A DNA stretch of 64,000 nucleotides from Klebsormidium nitens (GCA_000708835.1 DF237454.1:3647-67646); one strand, 5' to 3'; counted from the first letter of the stretch, positions 36,480-50,079 are shown. Notes: generated from the letters alone by a model not told the origin. Numbers and translations are program-made.

Positions 36480-39400
36480 ATGGGTGTTCAGGGGCTGTGG
36501 GAGCTGTTGGCCCCCGTCGGCCGGCGTGTGTCCGTGGAAGCTCTTGGAGGCAAGCGACTGGCAGTTGGTGAGTATTGCAGCCACTTTTGCCTTCGTGGGG
36601 TATGTATTTTAGGTCATCTTGGAGAGTTGTTGTGAAGTAGTGCTCAGGAAGCTCCTTTACTCGACATTGAATCTAGTTGAAGCACAATCAGCGAGGTTTA
36701 GCAGTTGGTATCCAGCAAGATGATGGTGGTGATTTGAGCAACTGTTCTCAGGCGCGGCTTTGAGAGATTCCTGAGACTGTTGAGGACGAAAGTCAGAAGA
36801 ACGGGCCCTTGGAACATCGTTACATCGGCGTTCTTTACAGTTGATTGTAATATGATCACCTGCAGACACGGATCTTATCTTGTCTCGTATTCGCGCTCTC
36901 CACAAGAAGCCAACTTGCGCAGGGATGCAAGGAGGGAATGCTGACCTGATCGACAGAGCTTAGCATTTGGTCTGCTGTTGCACTTCAAAATGATGGTTCT
37001 TAAGTGGTTGGCGGACTGAAGTTGGACCTTAAGAATTGGAATAAGAAGGACGAGTCAGTAACTTTGAAGAGCACCTAAGAAGTGGTTCTGCTGCACCACC
37101 ATTAGCGATACATAGCCGACACCATATCCACCTGCGAGTTGACTGCAAACGGTTTCCCAGACCTGAATCCCTCTGCTTCTTGGTTTCTTTGCAGATGCAA
37201 GCATCTGGATTGTCCAGTTCATGAAGGCGATGCGCAATGACCAAGGCGAGATGCTCCGTAACGCACACTTGCTGGGGTTCTTCCGGCGCATCTGCAAGCT
37301 GCTGTACCTGCGCGTGAAGCCCGTCTTTGTGTTTGACGGGGGCACCCCCGCTCTGAAGCGGCAGACGGTCATGGCTCGCAGGCGGCAGAGGGACAAGTCT
37401 CAGGCAAAGATCAGGTCAGATTTCGACGCTTATATTAGTTATTATCCAAGAAAGTAGGGCTTGTACTCTGACCTTTGATGCAGTATGCAAAGCTCAGCTT
37501 TATAAGTGTTGACTGCAGTTCCTTTCCTGGTAAACTATCTGGTGGTTGGAAGTAACAAGCTGAAGCCCCGTGTGTGGAACAGGTCGTCAGATGATTTGAT
37601 TTAGGGCGGCCCTGTAAAATACGTTACAGACTTACAAAATGACGGTCTGATCTTGAGAGTGAAAGCATTTTGACTCCATGGTCACTCAGGCAGTAGCCCG
37701 TGGGCTTACTGGCAGGTGCAAGTATAACCCGTACCACCAACTGCAAGGAAAGATTGGCACTTTAGATTGATCTGAAAAGCCACTGCCCCACTGTCTGCAG
37801 GAAAACCGCTGAGAAGCTGCTCCTGAACCATCTCCGAACCCAATGCTTGGAAGAGCTCGTCGAGAAGAAGACCAAGGCCTCCCGCCTGAAAATGCAATCA
37901 CCAGTCCCTGGGGCGACTTTCACCCCAGACTCTGCCCCCCCGGAAGAACCAGCCCCGCAGCGAAAGCAGCGGAGGGGGGTCCGTGCAGATGGGAGGGGTC
38001 AGTTTAGTGTCGTGCGAGGTGCCGAGAACAAGAAGGGGAAAGCGCTGAAGAGGCGGCTGAGGAGAAGGATCAAGGAGAAAGGAGTGCGGAGGCGCCAGGC
38101 AGCGGCACAAGGGGGTCAGGGGGAAGACGGGGAAGTTGAGAGCGAGGGAGATGGGGAAGAAGACGTTGAGCTTGAAGAGGAGGAGGAGGAGGAAGAGTGG
38201 GAGGAAGGGCAAGGGGGTCTTGGGGATGGAGATGCTGGGGCGTCGACAAATACCCATGCGGCGCAAGGAGCTGAAACAGGGAAGGTTATTGGCCAAATGT
38301 CTCAGGGGCCTGGTCAAAGTCCGCCGGGGGCCAGTGCAGGTGGATTGGCGTCGATGGCGGGTTCTGCGGGAACAGCGGCTCGAAATTTCAGAGGGGAACA
38401 GGGGTTGGGGCTTCCTGGTTCGGGAATGTCGGCCTCGATAGAGCGACGGCCTGCTGCAGAACCGCAGGGTGCAAAGGCTCCCTCATCCGGACCTTTGCCG
38501 ACGTCAAGTCTCGCACAGCCCGTCTCGAATGGAACCCGATCCTTGCAATTGAGCAGCAGTGCCGGTCAACCATTGCAGATCATGGCCGGCCCTTCTGGAT
38601 TGAGTTCGCACCAAAACGGGGGTCCCTCAGCCAATGGGCTTCAAAACGAGGGGGCTGGAACGCAGGCGGGTAAAGGGGAGGAGGACGATGAAGAGGAGGA
38701 GGAGGGGGAGTTGATCATGATGCCAGATACGGACAACGCGCTGGATCCGACGGTGCTGGCGTCGCTGCCGGCGTCGGTGCAGATCGAGCTGATGCAGCAG
38801 ATGAGGGAGCGGCGAGTCGCGCAGAACCGCGAGAAGTTCAGGTTGGTAGCCTTGCCTGATAGACTCTCCACGGCTTCTGGGTCTGGAGGGTTCCGATTAC
38901 CCCAATGTCAAAGGTTTTGGCTTGCTAGAGTCCGATGCTTCAAGGTCTCAGGGTGTTCTCCACTTCCTTGCTTCTTGTATCTCGGACATCCCTAGGCAGT
39001 CACACAAGCTTTTTGGAATCTCTTGGCCAGTTCGGATGTTGGCTGCATTGTGGTGAGGACAAATTTTCCCGGTCTGGACCCCGTAGGTAGCTGCTCGAAT
39101 GAAGGATTTCGTTTCAAACTTACAGAAAAGCCGCCCGCAGAGGCGCAAATGCGACGGGTTGGGACAAATGTGCACCGAGTTAGTTTTACGCTTGATTTTA
39201 TTCCCCAGAAACCAAGGAAGTGCACCCTCAAATGCATCTCAGGTTTCTCACAGGCTTCCACTGTGCCAATCTACATTTTAAAACGGTATCCATGGTTCCG
39301 AAAGCTTTTGCGGAGGTCAACGACGCACCTTTTGCGATTGCAGGCAAGTGGCCAAGGTCCCCGAGTCCTTTTCCAGCATCCAAATGGAGGCGTACCTAAA

Positions 39401-42400
39401 GAACGTGGCGATGCGGCGCGACGTTGCCAAAGTACACGAGGCGATGGCCAAAGGCACCAAGGTCATCCCTGGCATGGAAGACGTTCCGGCCATGCGGATT
39501 GCGAGCGAGCAGGGGCGAGAGTTTATTTTCAAGAGCAATCCTGAGAGGGCTGACTCGGAATCTCAGGACGGTTTTAAGGCAGCTTTGGGAGTAAAAGGCT
39601 TAGGCCGGGGGTTGGGGGCGAGGAAAGTCCAGAAGCCAGGGGCGTTGAAATGGAGACAGAGCGAGAAGGACAAAGTGGAAAGCTACAAGGAGAAGCCGTC
39701 GTGGTTCAAGGCGAGCCCGTATGGGTTGGGTGAGGTTAAGTTGGAATCGGTTAGCGACGGGGTGATTGGCGTGGTCAATGCGGAGACGGTCAGTGATGCC
39801 GGTTATGGCGAACTGCAAGTGGTTAAGGAGGAGCTGGAAAGTGCTGGAGGGAGCGGGAAAGTTTTGGTTGCAATTGACCCGGAGCTTGCGGTGCTTGATA
39901 CGAATTCGCAATGGTCGATGGGGGGGCGTTCGTGGTGGGGGGGGGAGGTCGGGAGGGGGGCGAGAGGGGGGGGGAGAGAGGGACGAGGAAGGGGGGGCAG
40001 AGGCGACAATGGCGCCGACAAGTTCCTGGGGGGGTGGATGAAAGTGCTGAAGCTGACCAAGGACGAGGTATTTGGAAGCGACGAGGNNNNNNNNNNNNNN
40101 NNNNNNNNNNNNNNNNNNNNNNNNNNNNNNNNNNNNNNNNNNNNNNNNNNNNNNNNNNNNNNNNNNNNNNNNNNNNNNNNNNNNNNNNNNNNNNNNNNNN
40201 NNNNNNNNNNNNNNNNNNNNNNNNNNNNNNNNNNNNNNNNNNNNNNNNNNNNNNNNNNNNNNNNNNNNNNNNNNNNNNNNNNNNNNNNNNNNNNNNNNNN
40301 NNNNNNNNNNNNNNNNNNNNNNNNNNNNNNNNNNNNNNNNNNNNNNNNNNNNNNNNNNNNNNNNNNNNNNNNNNNNNNNNNNNNNNNNNNNNNNNNNNNN
40401 NNNNNNNNNNNNNNNNNNNNNNNNNNNNNNNNNNNNNNNNNNNNNNNNNNNNNNNNNNNNNNNNNNNNNNNNNNNNNNNNNNNNNNNNNNNNNNNNNNNN
40501 NNNNNNNNNNNNNNNNNNNNNNNNNNNNNNNNNNNNNNNNNNNNNNNNNNNNNNNNNNNNNNNNNNNNNNNNNNNNNNNNNNNNNNNNNNGAGTGGGAGG
40601 ACGGCGCCGGGGGGGGCGATGTCGCTGTGAGCGTCGAGGGGGGTGCAGAGGTGCAGGGTGATGATTTGTTCACAGCCGACATGTTCAAGAAAGGAGGGGC
40701 GAGGGAAAAGCTGGATCCAGGGGTAGTTGCGGAAGTGGCCCGGGCGGCGGCGGAGCGGTTGGCGAAAGCGAACGGATTGGGCGGAATGGCGAACGGAATG
40801 GGCGGAACGGAGCAGGAAAGAGCCGATGCAGAGATCAGCATCGGCATCCAAGTTGCGCAGAAGGATGGTGGCGAGGGAGGGGCTCACGTAAACGAGAGAG
40901 TGGCTGACGAAAGCGGAAGAGGGGCTGACGTAAGCGAGATGGGTAACGGCCATGGCTTGGTTGTGAGTGAGGACGAGATGGACTGGGAAGATGGGGGCGT
41001 GCTCGAAACCGGGGGGGTGGCAAGGAACTCAGTCGCTGCTACAATTGCTGACCAAGCGCAGACAGAAATGGGAGCCGGAAAGTTTGAGAGCGTGGAGAAC
41101 GTGGGGTTAAAGAAGCCGGGGATAGCGAGTCGAGGACTGATTTCCAAAGCGGGTGCTAGACGTCTCGAAGAAACGCTTGTTCTAACAGCGGATGGAGAAA
41201 GCGTGCGCCCGTTTGTGATGGACGACGGGAGCGATGTCGAGTGGGAGGACGGCAGCGGGCAGTTTGGGAAAGCGGACCCGGTGTCGAAACCTTTAGACTT
41301 CTCCAGCGAGCAAAGTGAGACTGCAGGAAGCCTAGACGATCTGGCGACACTGGCGGCGGTTCTGGACGATCCGACGGGGGCGCTGCCGAGCATTGGCGCG
41401 CTGGCGGAGGACGCGGACTTGGAAGAAGCGATACGGAGAAGCCTAAAGGATTTCCAGGGGGCTGGCGGCGCGGCAGGGGGCGGGAAAGCCTCTAAGGGAA
41501 TTGTCATCCGAGAAGGAAAAGGAGCGGGAGAACCACTAGCTGCAGCAAACAATGGAAAGCAGCCAGCGACCGACTCGGTAGTGGAGATTGCGGATGGAGA
41601 AGAGGCGTTTTTCGCGCGGGAGAGGGCGAGAAAGGGCAAGGGAAGAGTTGGGGAGGAACAGGCTGCGAGGCATGAGGAACCAGATTGTAAAGTAAATAAG
41701 CCCTTAACGGGCGCTGCAAATGTCCCCTCCAGTGTACAGACAGGTGACGGAAAAGCACGCCCCCAGCAAACGGACATTTCTCAAGTCCAACCAGACGAAC
41801 GCGCTTCTGGACAGGTTTCGGACCAAACAAGATCCTTAAACCCACCACTTGTTGACGCAGCAACGCTCCCTCCATCCGTGCTACCGAGCATTTTGCCGGA
41901 CCCCATTCCGAGCGCTCCGGCAGTAACAGCGGATCCGACAGTCTCTGCAAACCCCTCCGCGGATCTTAACCCTCAGTCAAAGTTCTCGCCTGAGGGGCTT
42001 TTGACTCCGCCACTGAACACCCCCTCCAAAATAACGCCTCCAGCTGGGTCAAACCCTCTTCCAAACCCTGTTGAAAACCCCTCTCTAACCGGCACCGCGA
42101 GCAAATCGAGCGCTCGGCCCACAAACGGTCTCCCAAAAGTGAGTGACTCGTTACCCCCCCGGCCCAGCAATATGCGGAACCCGTTTGCGGACGACGCCCC
42201 TCCGTCTTTTCCGGACATTGACGAGCTTCTCGAGGACGAGGAAGAGCTGTCGGAAGACCGGCACGAACTAGAGCGGCGGGAGAAGGAGGCGCAGGACTGG
42301 GAACGCGCCGAGCAGGAGACTCTGGAGATGGAGGCCGCCATCGCCGAGAGCCTTGTGGATTCCGTTCCCGGAACCGGGGGGCCGGAATTCCGTGCGGGGG

Positions 42401-45400
42401 CGTCCGGAAGCGCGGCGAGCGGTGTGCACGAAAAGCAACTAGGTGCGGGCGAATCGTCACGGAGAGAACTGGCAGGATCACGGTCGGAAGTGGAAGTCGG
42501 ACGAAGTGCGGGGCTCGATTTCGGGGGATCATCCGATGCGGACGCTCCCAACGGGGGGGCGGCTCACGAGCCGGACGCCGCTCTGGGGGCGTCGGGAGGG
42601 GTGAGGATAGCGACCCCCCGGGGCGGGGAAGTGATGTTTGAGGGGAGCACGCAGCAGGGGCGCTTGTTAAGGGAGCAGGAGACAAGGCGGGCGGAAAGGG
42701 AAAAGCTAGCGGAGGAAAAGGCGAAGCGGGAAGCGTTGGAGAAGGAGGCGGAGATGCAGGACGAGCGGGAAAGGTTGGCAGCAGAAGAAGCGGCGCTGCA
42801 GGTACGGCTTCGTGTATTAGGAGGTCGTTTTTTGTAGGGCGCGTTGTCTTATGTGAGGGACGTTGTCTTATGAAAGGCTAATTTTTGTTTTCAACAGAGC
42901 ACGTCCTCTTATGTAGGGTACGTCGTCTATTTGGGGCACGTTGTCCGAGGTACGGTTGCTCGTCTACCTAGGAAAATCAGTCTGAGGTACGGTTGCTCCG
43001 ACCTCATGAGCGGTCGCCTGATTCGTGCCCCAGTAAATGCAGGCACCCTGTGAGTCCAATTCGGAACGGTCTGTTACAGAGGTTGAAAGCTTCTCCTGAT
43101 TCTTGGGTTGCGAAATTGAGTGTGTAGCCGTTGCTGATCGCTTGGACTGACAGCAAACTTGCGCCTAACCATTTTTAGCTCACAATTAGCTGCACGTGTT
43201 CTGACTTGTGTCTGAGATGGTATATCTAGTGCCGAAGCTTGTTCTTGCCGCCTTTCTTGCTGAGATTATTGTTGCACTGTTTGCGGAACGGAGACGGCAA
43301 ATGGAGCGGTCCGCATTACAACCTCTATGGCAGCATGGCGTGAGCTGGGGAGCACCACGCAACAGTTGCCGAGGACGAGCGGGTCAGTGATTGTAGGCTT
43401 CAGCAGAATGCAAATTCAAGATCGTCCAACGCTCTGAATCCTAGCGGACCGAACAAGGGTGTGGAAGAGTCAGATTCTTGTCCGAATCCCTGACCACAGT
43501 CCACAGACGGACAATGAGCGCACAAATGCTCTGCCGACGGATGACAATACAGCTGGACTACGACTTTCGAAGTTTCCAACTACTGCTTAATACAAGTCTG
43601 CCGAGTTTCAATCAATTCTCTCCCATCCTCGCAGGCTGAGATTGAGCGCGAGCGCGCGCTCTTGGAGGACGAAGAAGCCGAGCTGCAGTACGCGCAGCGC
43701 GCCAACACGATCAACGCCGAGTCGGCTACCGGGGAGATGTTCTCCGAGTGCCAGGAGCTGCTGCAAATGTTCGGCATCCCGTTCATTATTGCGCCGATGG
43801 AGGCAGAGGCGCAGTGCGCGGCAATGGATAAGATGGGGCTGGTGGACGGGGTCGTGACGGACGATAGCGACGTGTTCCTGTTCGGCGCCAAGGTGGGGCA
43901 AGGGGTTTTTAATTTCCGTTGTACTTTTCTATTTCGTATTTGTTTGTCGTATGTTGTCCACAAAACGTATCAATCGTTTTCTTTTGGTCAAATGATGGAC
44001 GAAAGAAGCAGTGCGCGGCAATGGATAAGATGGGGCTCGTGGACGGGGTCGTGACGGACGATAGCGACGTCTTTCTATTTGGAGCCAAGGTGGGACGACG
44101 GGCTTTCAAGTCTTTTCTTTAGAATGTTTGGGGATGTTTTCGTACCTCAGGGTTTCATGGATGGAGAGGAGTGCAGTGCGCGGCAAAGGACAAGATGGGG
44201 CTGGTCGATGAGGTTGTGACGGACGACAGGGACGTGTTCCTATTTGGCGCAAAGGTGGGGGCATTGGGTTTTCCGTACCTCTTGAGGTATCTCTTTTCTT
44301 GTTGTTCTCTACATGTCTCCACATAGTCTGGGACTTATGTTGAGTTTTGTACGTTGGAGGATGCGCCGTGCGCAGCGATGGACAAATTGGGCAAATAGCT
44401 GAAGATTGTTTTCAGACTTCCCTGGATCTGTTCTTACTTCCGGGACGTTGGTTCGCGGATTACGGAGATGAACAAGATGGGGCCCGTCAACGGAGTCGTG
44501 ACAGCAACGTGTTTTTCTTTGAAGCCAAAGTGGGCCTTTGACAAGCTCTCCGGACCGATGCGGGTGGCGTATTGAGACGTGCTCGATGTCAGCGGCACTC
44601 GCTTGTAACAAAATGTAGTTCCGCAGAGCCTCTACTTATGTTGAGTCACAGGAAACATTCGCAGCCAATCAAGAGAATTTTGAATGTTCAAAGGAGAGTC
44701 TCCACAGCAGAGAAACGTGTTTTCTTCTTTTCCAGGCGGTGTACAAGAACATCTTCGACAACAAGAAGTACGTGGAGACGTACTATTTGCGCGACATCGA
44801 AAGTGAGATGGGCCTGGATCAACAGAAGCTCATCAACATGGCCACGCTCCTTGGTAGTGACTACACCGAGGGCATCAGGTGCGGCGGGGAAACCCAGACA
44901 CAAGATTGCTTTCTGGTGCAGTTTGGTCTGTACGTATCAGTCTTCCTGGTTTCTACTTTTTCATCGCTGTTATGTTGCTGTGCGCCACAGCGCCCAACCA
45001 ACGTATCTGCCCCTGGTTGTAACGGGTAAACTTCTTTTCTTTGGAGGTCTGTGTTCGCAGTAAAAGTGCTTCGGGGCTGAATGCTTCTGGAAGTTCTTGC
45101 AGCTCGTAGGAACCTTACGCATCTTCTTGGGAACGCTCGTCTTTGGCAGCAGGGGTGCGGGCTGCTATGCACTCTCGGGACGTTTCACGCTTCCCGTCTT
45201 TACAAAAGCTATCCCTGTCTGTTCCAAAGCCGCAAGACGTTAGCATTACGATTCCTCGTCACGTATCCCCAAGTCTGAAAGCCCTCCCGTGTGTGCAGAT
45301 CATACGCTAACGCATGCCCTCCCTTTTGCAGCGGCATCGGCATCGTGAACGCCATCGAAGTCGTGAACGCGTTTTCCGGCCCCGACGGCCTCTCCAAGTT

Positions 45401-48400
45401 TCGGGACTGGCTGGATGCTCCCGACGAGGCCCTGTTCGCTGCCGCGCAAAAGAACGCCAAAGCCCGGGAAAAGCGCAACCAGGCCGAAAACAAGGCCTCC
45501 GCCAAAATCGAGTCAGACGACGAAGACCGACCGCTCGCGTCGCTCGCCACGAATCGGAACAGCGGAACCGGAACCGGCGAGGCCCTGTTGGAGGTCAAGG
45601 CGGAGGTGAAAGAGGACGCAGAGCTGGCGATCGCAGCGAACCTGGCCGAAAACAGGGCCCCCAAGGAGGAAAACGAGGAGACCGTCCGTTTAAAAGCGTT
45701 TGCCGCGAAGCACCGGAACGTGAGCAAGAACTGGACGGTGCCGCCGCGGTTTCCGGACCGCGCGGTCGTGGCGGCGTACACGCGTCCGAGGGTGGATACG
45801 TCAGAGGAGAAGTTCGAGTGGGGGCGGCCGGACCTGGAGGCGCTGCACCAGTTCTGCTTCGAACGGGTGAGCGGAACGGACTTGCCGCAAATGGTGCAAA
45901 TGTCGTTTGCGTCTCTTTTGTTGTTCATGCAGTTTGCTCCTTGGGAGAGAATCAAAGACGTTGCTTGCTCGATTGTCCAATTCTCTCAATGTTCTGAGTG
46001 TTTCTTCGTCCACGGTCGTGACTTCAACTGCCTGACATGCCTCGTGCCTTGATAAGGCTGACTTGACGGAGAAGATGCTCAAACAGGAACTTCAGTTCAC
46101 GAAAATGTGGAGACTTGAATTCTTGTCGTGACTTGCGTACCTGGTCAGAGCGGTTCGGGCGATAGGCGTACTCTTTTGATCCGGCTCCCTTTCACCCGCG
46201 TACTAGTCTTGGCGCGGAAAAGCATGTCGGAAGGGCATGCCAATTTTAAATCTCAGATTGTTTTCGTCACTAGCTTTCAGTCAAACTTGCTCAGTTCACT
46301 GTGACTGCTACGTGTGCTTCAAGTGCTCCAATGTCTGCACGCAGTTTTCGTGGCGCAAGGACAAGTCGGACGAGATCCTGCAGCCGGTGGTGAAGGCGTT
46401 CGACGCGCACGAGTCCCAGACGCGCCTCGAGTCCTTCTTCGGGTTCAGCCAGCGATTTGCCAAGATCCGCTCCAAGCGGATTGCGAAGGCCGTGACCGGA
46501 ATCACCGGAAAGAAGAACGCGGAACTCATGGCGGACGAAATGGAGGCGGCGCCAGTGAAGAAGGGCCGGAAGAAGAAGAGGGACGGGAAGGCTATAGAAT
46601 CCGGAAGTGCACGGGAGAACGCGGCTGAAGCGGGAACTACGAGAGAGGCGGCACCGGCCAGGATTGGCGGCAACAAAGAGACGAATGGGAAGCTTATCGA
46701 GTCAGGAGCGGAAGGGGAAGAAATAGCTGAAGCGGGAACTTCTAGAGGTGTCGAGCTGGATCCGGAAATCGGAAGGAGTATCGAGAAGGCGGCTCGGTCG
46801 GTGGGCAGGGGTGCCGGGAGGGGAACACGTGGGAGGGGTAAGGCCGCCCCACGTGGAAGAGGCGAAACGGGGACGCGTGGCAGAGGCCGTGGTCGGGGAA
46901 GGGGAGCCGAGGTTGAGAGGGCCAAAGAACTAGGAACGGGACAAGCGGATGTGTTGAACGGGGGCCCTGCCGAAGCGGCCGCGCCGCCATCGAGAAGGGT
47001 GAGCTTTTGTATATAGTTTTCAGCGTTTGGGTTGCTTTTGTGGTCTCGTGGGAGCATTGCGGAAGGGGATTCAGATCGCTTTGGATGCATTGCGGATGGT
47101 CTATTGGACAGCGTTCTGTTGATTGGCAATAGGTCGGCCGTTGGTTTCCACCTGCCGCTCTTTTAGAGCTTCCCTGACAACTCAACACTCAAATATATGA
47201 GTCGTGAACATGAATCCACTTGTCTGTTATTGAGCCGACCGGGTGGTACTACGGCGGACGTCTTACTCTCTTGTCACAGCCTCCGCGAATCCGGGAATTA
47301 CTCACAAGCAACACAGCTCGGTCAAGCAGCTGCTTAGTGGAAGTCGATCGTACTTGACAAATTGTCACTTCGTAGAGCAACTCTTCCAAAGATCTCACTG
47401 AGCGACTCGCGGTCTCTCATCCTCCGAAGGCTCACCCCTGTCTTTCTGCACAGTCGAAGCGACAGAGAGCGCAAGTCGCCTACGCAGAGCCGTCGATCGA
47501 GCATTCGGACGCCAGCGTGAGCGACTACCAGCTGTCCGATGACGATCCGGACGCGTCGCCCAGCAAGCGGCCGCGGGGTTCAGGGTCCAAGGACCGGGAG
47601 ACGCGCCTTCTGCAGGCCGCTGAGGCGGTGGCGGCCGCGAAGCCGCGACTTGCCGGGGTTGGAGGGGTTTCGGATGAAGCTCCGCTGAGAGAAGTGCGGT
47701 CCGGTGACGCGACGGCGGCTGCGGACGAATTGCTCGGGGGAGCGAAGGGTTTTGCGGTCTCAGAGGGTTTGGAGGTTTCGGAGGCGGCCGCCGTCGAGGC
47801 CCGGGAGAGCGGGGGAGGGTTCGTGTTGGAGGAAGATGACGTTACTGCTGACGAGGAGGCGCTGCATGGGGGGGGCGGGTTCGTGCCGGACGAAGAAGAG
47901 GAGGGGATAGAACCGGGTACTGCGGACGGAGGGTTAGGGAAGGTTGACGGAACCGGGGAGGGTTTGCGGACGGAAACCGGGGAGGTTTCTACGAGAGACG
48001 GGGATGGGAGCGGGGGCGTAGACGATGCGGTGTTGCGGCTCACGAGCGATCCCGCAGACTTCGCTTCTCGGTTGGAAGAAACAATGGCGCAGCCTGACGG
48101 GGGGGTGGACAAGCCCAGCGGGCGCCAGTTCCTGACCCCCCTGAAACGTAAGAAGCAGGTCCGTTTTCAGGAGGACAGGGAGAAGCCCGAGCCAAAAGCG
48201 CCCAGACCGTCGCTGTACCTTGGCGCTGCGAAGGGCCCTGTGTCTGGCAGTGTTGACGGGGTTACGCCTGGGATTGGTGCGGGACCGGTGATGACAGGGC
48301 CTGGGATGCTTCCTGTGCAACCGGGGGGGGCGCCGGTTGGCGGCATGGTTTGGATTAACCGGGGGCCGGTACTGAATCTGTGGGTGGCGGTAGTTGCAGT

Positions 48401-48869
48401 GCGGCAGGGGTTCTCGTTCGAAGAGGGGCTATCGTTTGGGAAAGCGGTGACTACGATGTACGCGCAAACGAAGGGACGCAGGCTGGGGATCATCAAAGGG
48501 GGGGGTGCGGAAGAGCAGGAAATGGAGGGGGTGGAAATGTATCGAGTGTTCAACACGGAGCTCCCCGCCAAACGGCTGAAAGACGGGCTCCAAGCGGTGA
48601 GCGAGAACCGGCTCCTCGCGCCGGGCCCGATCAAGGCGTTCCTCAGCAAGGCCTTTGCGCATAACTGGGCATCGGCCCGGGCGGCTATGGAGTTGCTGGC
48701 GGGCACTTATGATCCGGAGGAACTAGGGGCGGAGTGCTACAATCTGTATGTAAGATTCAGGCCCAGCATTCAGGACGGAGTAAAGGGGTGGGGTCAGAAG
48801 GGGCTGCTAGATTTGGGCTTCATCTCGGGCACGCTGGTCAGGGAGAAGCAGGAAAGAGGGCCGCTCTAA
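36480..48869 (+). CDS. UVH3: XPG/Rad2 structure-specific endonuclease (UVH3/ERCC5 ortholog) with an extra C-terminal domain
   Basis: Exons 36480-36567 ([10 protein letters not shown]...RLAV), 37195-37414 (DASIW...VFVFDGGTP), 37801-38841, 39344-42801 (spans a gap), 43635-43892 ([12 protein letters not shown]...[10 protein letters not shown]), 44736-44878 (LLGSDYTEG), 45332-45866, 46345-46998 and 47454-48869. XPG-N, XPG-I and H3TH motifs are intact. Confidence 0.93.
40086..40590. other. Assembly gap (N run) inside XPG exon 4
   Basis: Run of n characters. The reading frame differs on either side only because the gap length is an estimate. Confidence 1.
43811..44535 (+). repeat. Tandem degenerate copies of the XPG exon-5 3' end plus donor site
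   Basis: Source 43815-43897. Copies at 44012-44094, 44177-44259, partial ~44357-44391 and ~44468-44535; three of them end in (AAG/AAA)|GTGGG. Confidence 0.9.
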
Positions 48870-50079
48870 CAGGCTTCCGTATGTTCAAGTTCATACTGTG
48901 TACTGCGTGTTGGATGAAAAGTTCGGTTGTGGTCCTCGCTTGCAGGCGGACAGCTCAGGATGATCATTCCAGTCATCATTGGTTGTTTCCTGTTCATTCG
49001 TGACTACCAACTTGGCAAGCTGGACGTGTGTCGGAACCTCGATGATCATGGGCTCGATCATTTGTGGCGCTCCTTTGGGAGACTGTAAATAGCCACCGTA
49101 TGTTCCTTACTGCGATCCTTGTGCAGTGGTTGATGACGGGTGGGCATCATGGGTCATAAGCGTCTTGATTGAAACGTTCCACCTCAACTCTAGCTAGAAG
49201 GTTAAGTTACTCTTCATTCGACAAAAAAACACGTACTCATGGTACGTATACTTAGGGACTCACACAAATAATTATGGTAGGCGCAATCTTCCCATGTTTC
49301 AAATCGAAACACACCTTATATATAGATGCCAGCACGTCATGATCCATGCAACGGTTCCACATATTCTCCCGTGGAAGTATTGCATGAAAGTCCCATGAAA
49401 GTCCCTAGTCCTAATCGTGAATGGACTACTTCTCAAACATATCGCCGTATTGAAGGGAACATGCTCAAGGCTCGCGTCGGAATGGACGGCGTTGTCGGAA
49501 GCTCAAGCGGCCAGCCTCGCCTCCGACAGTTAGTGCGCCAGCTAGACATTCGCCGGCCGCGCCCGATCATAGGTGCGGCCGCGCGGTCGCACCCGCGGCT
49601 AGATCCAGAGGCCAGCCATATGTACAATCTCGAGCTCAGCTGCAGTCTCACAGCATTTGTGCGCTGGGTGAGGCGCCACAATCCTCTCTTATCCCACGGA
49701 GCTAGTCGCAAGGGGCAACATTGGCTTGGCTAGAAAGGTGCCCCTACAGGATCAGCCGCATAGCGGCAGCTGCTGGGCGGTTCAGCTCGGCAGCTCGTTC
49801 CCATGCTGCTCCTAAGAACAGTGAGTTGTTGGGAGATCTCATTCTCAGGCAACAGAGTAAGCTATCAGCTTAGAGGTTGTCGGAAAATACCAGAATCAGC
49901 ATCCTCTAAGCAATGCTGTGCGTGGGGCTGTAAGCTGGATTCAAGTCACGATCTGCAGGCGTAGGATCAGCTGATACTGCGAAATTGTCTTGCAAAATTG
50001 CTGCCAAGACATCCTGGCAGGCAGCCCTGAGCTGCAGGAGCTGCTGCTGCTGAACACTTTGATTGCACGTCTGCATGCA

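Noticed and set aside
42840-43000. Short degenerate repeats (TTGTCTTATG, GAGGTACGGTTGCTC) after the XPG exon-4 donor as further echoes
   Set aside because: Too short to distinguish from low-complexity slippage.
39600-48706. Long minus-strand ORFs (e.g. 39600-40847, 40884-41777, 46308-47129, 47525-48112)
   Set aside because: Antisense shadows of GC-rich XPG exons, some running through N gaps; no independent motifs.
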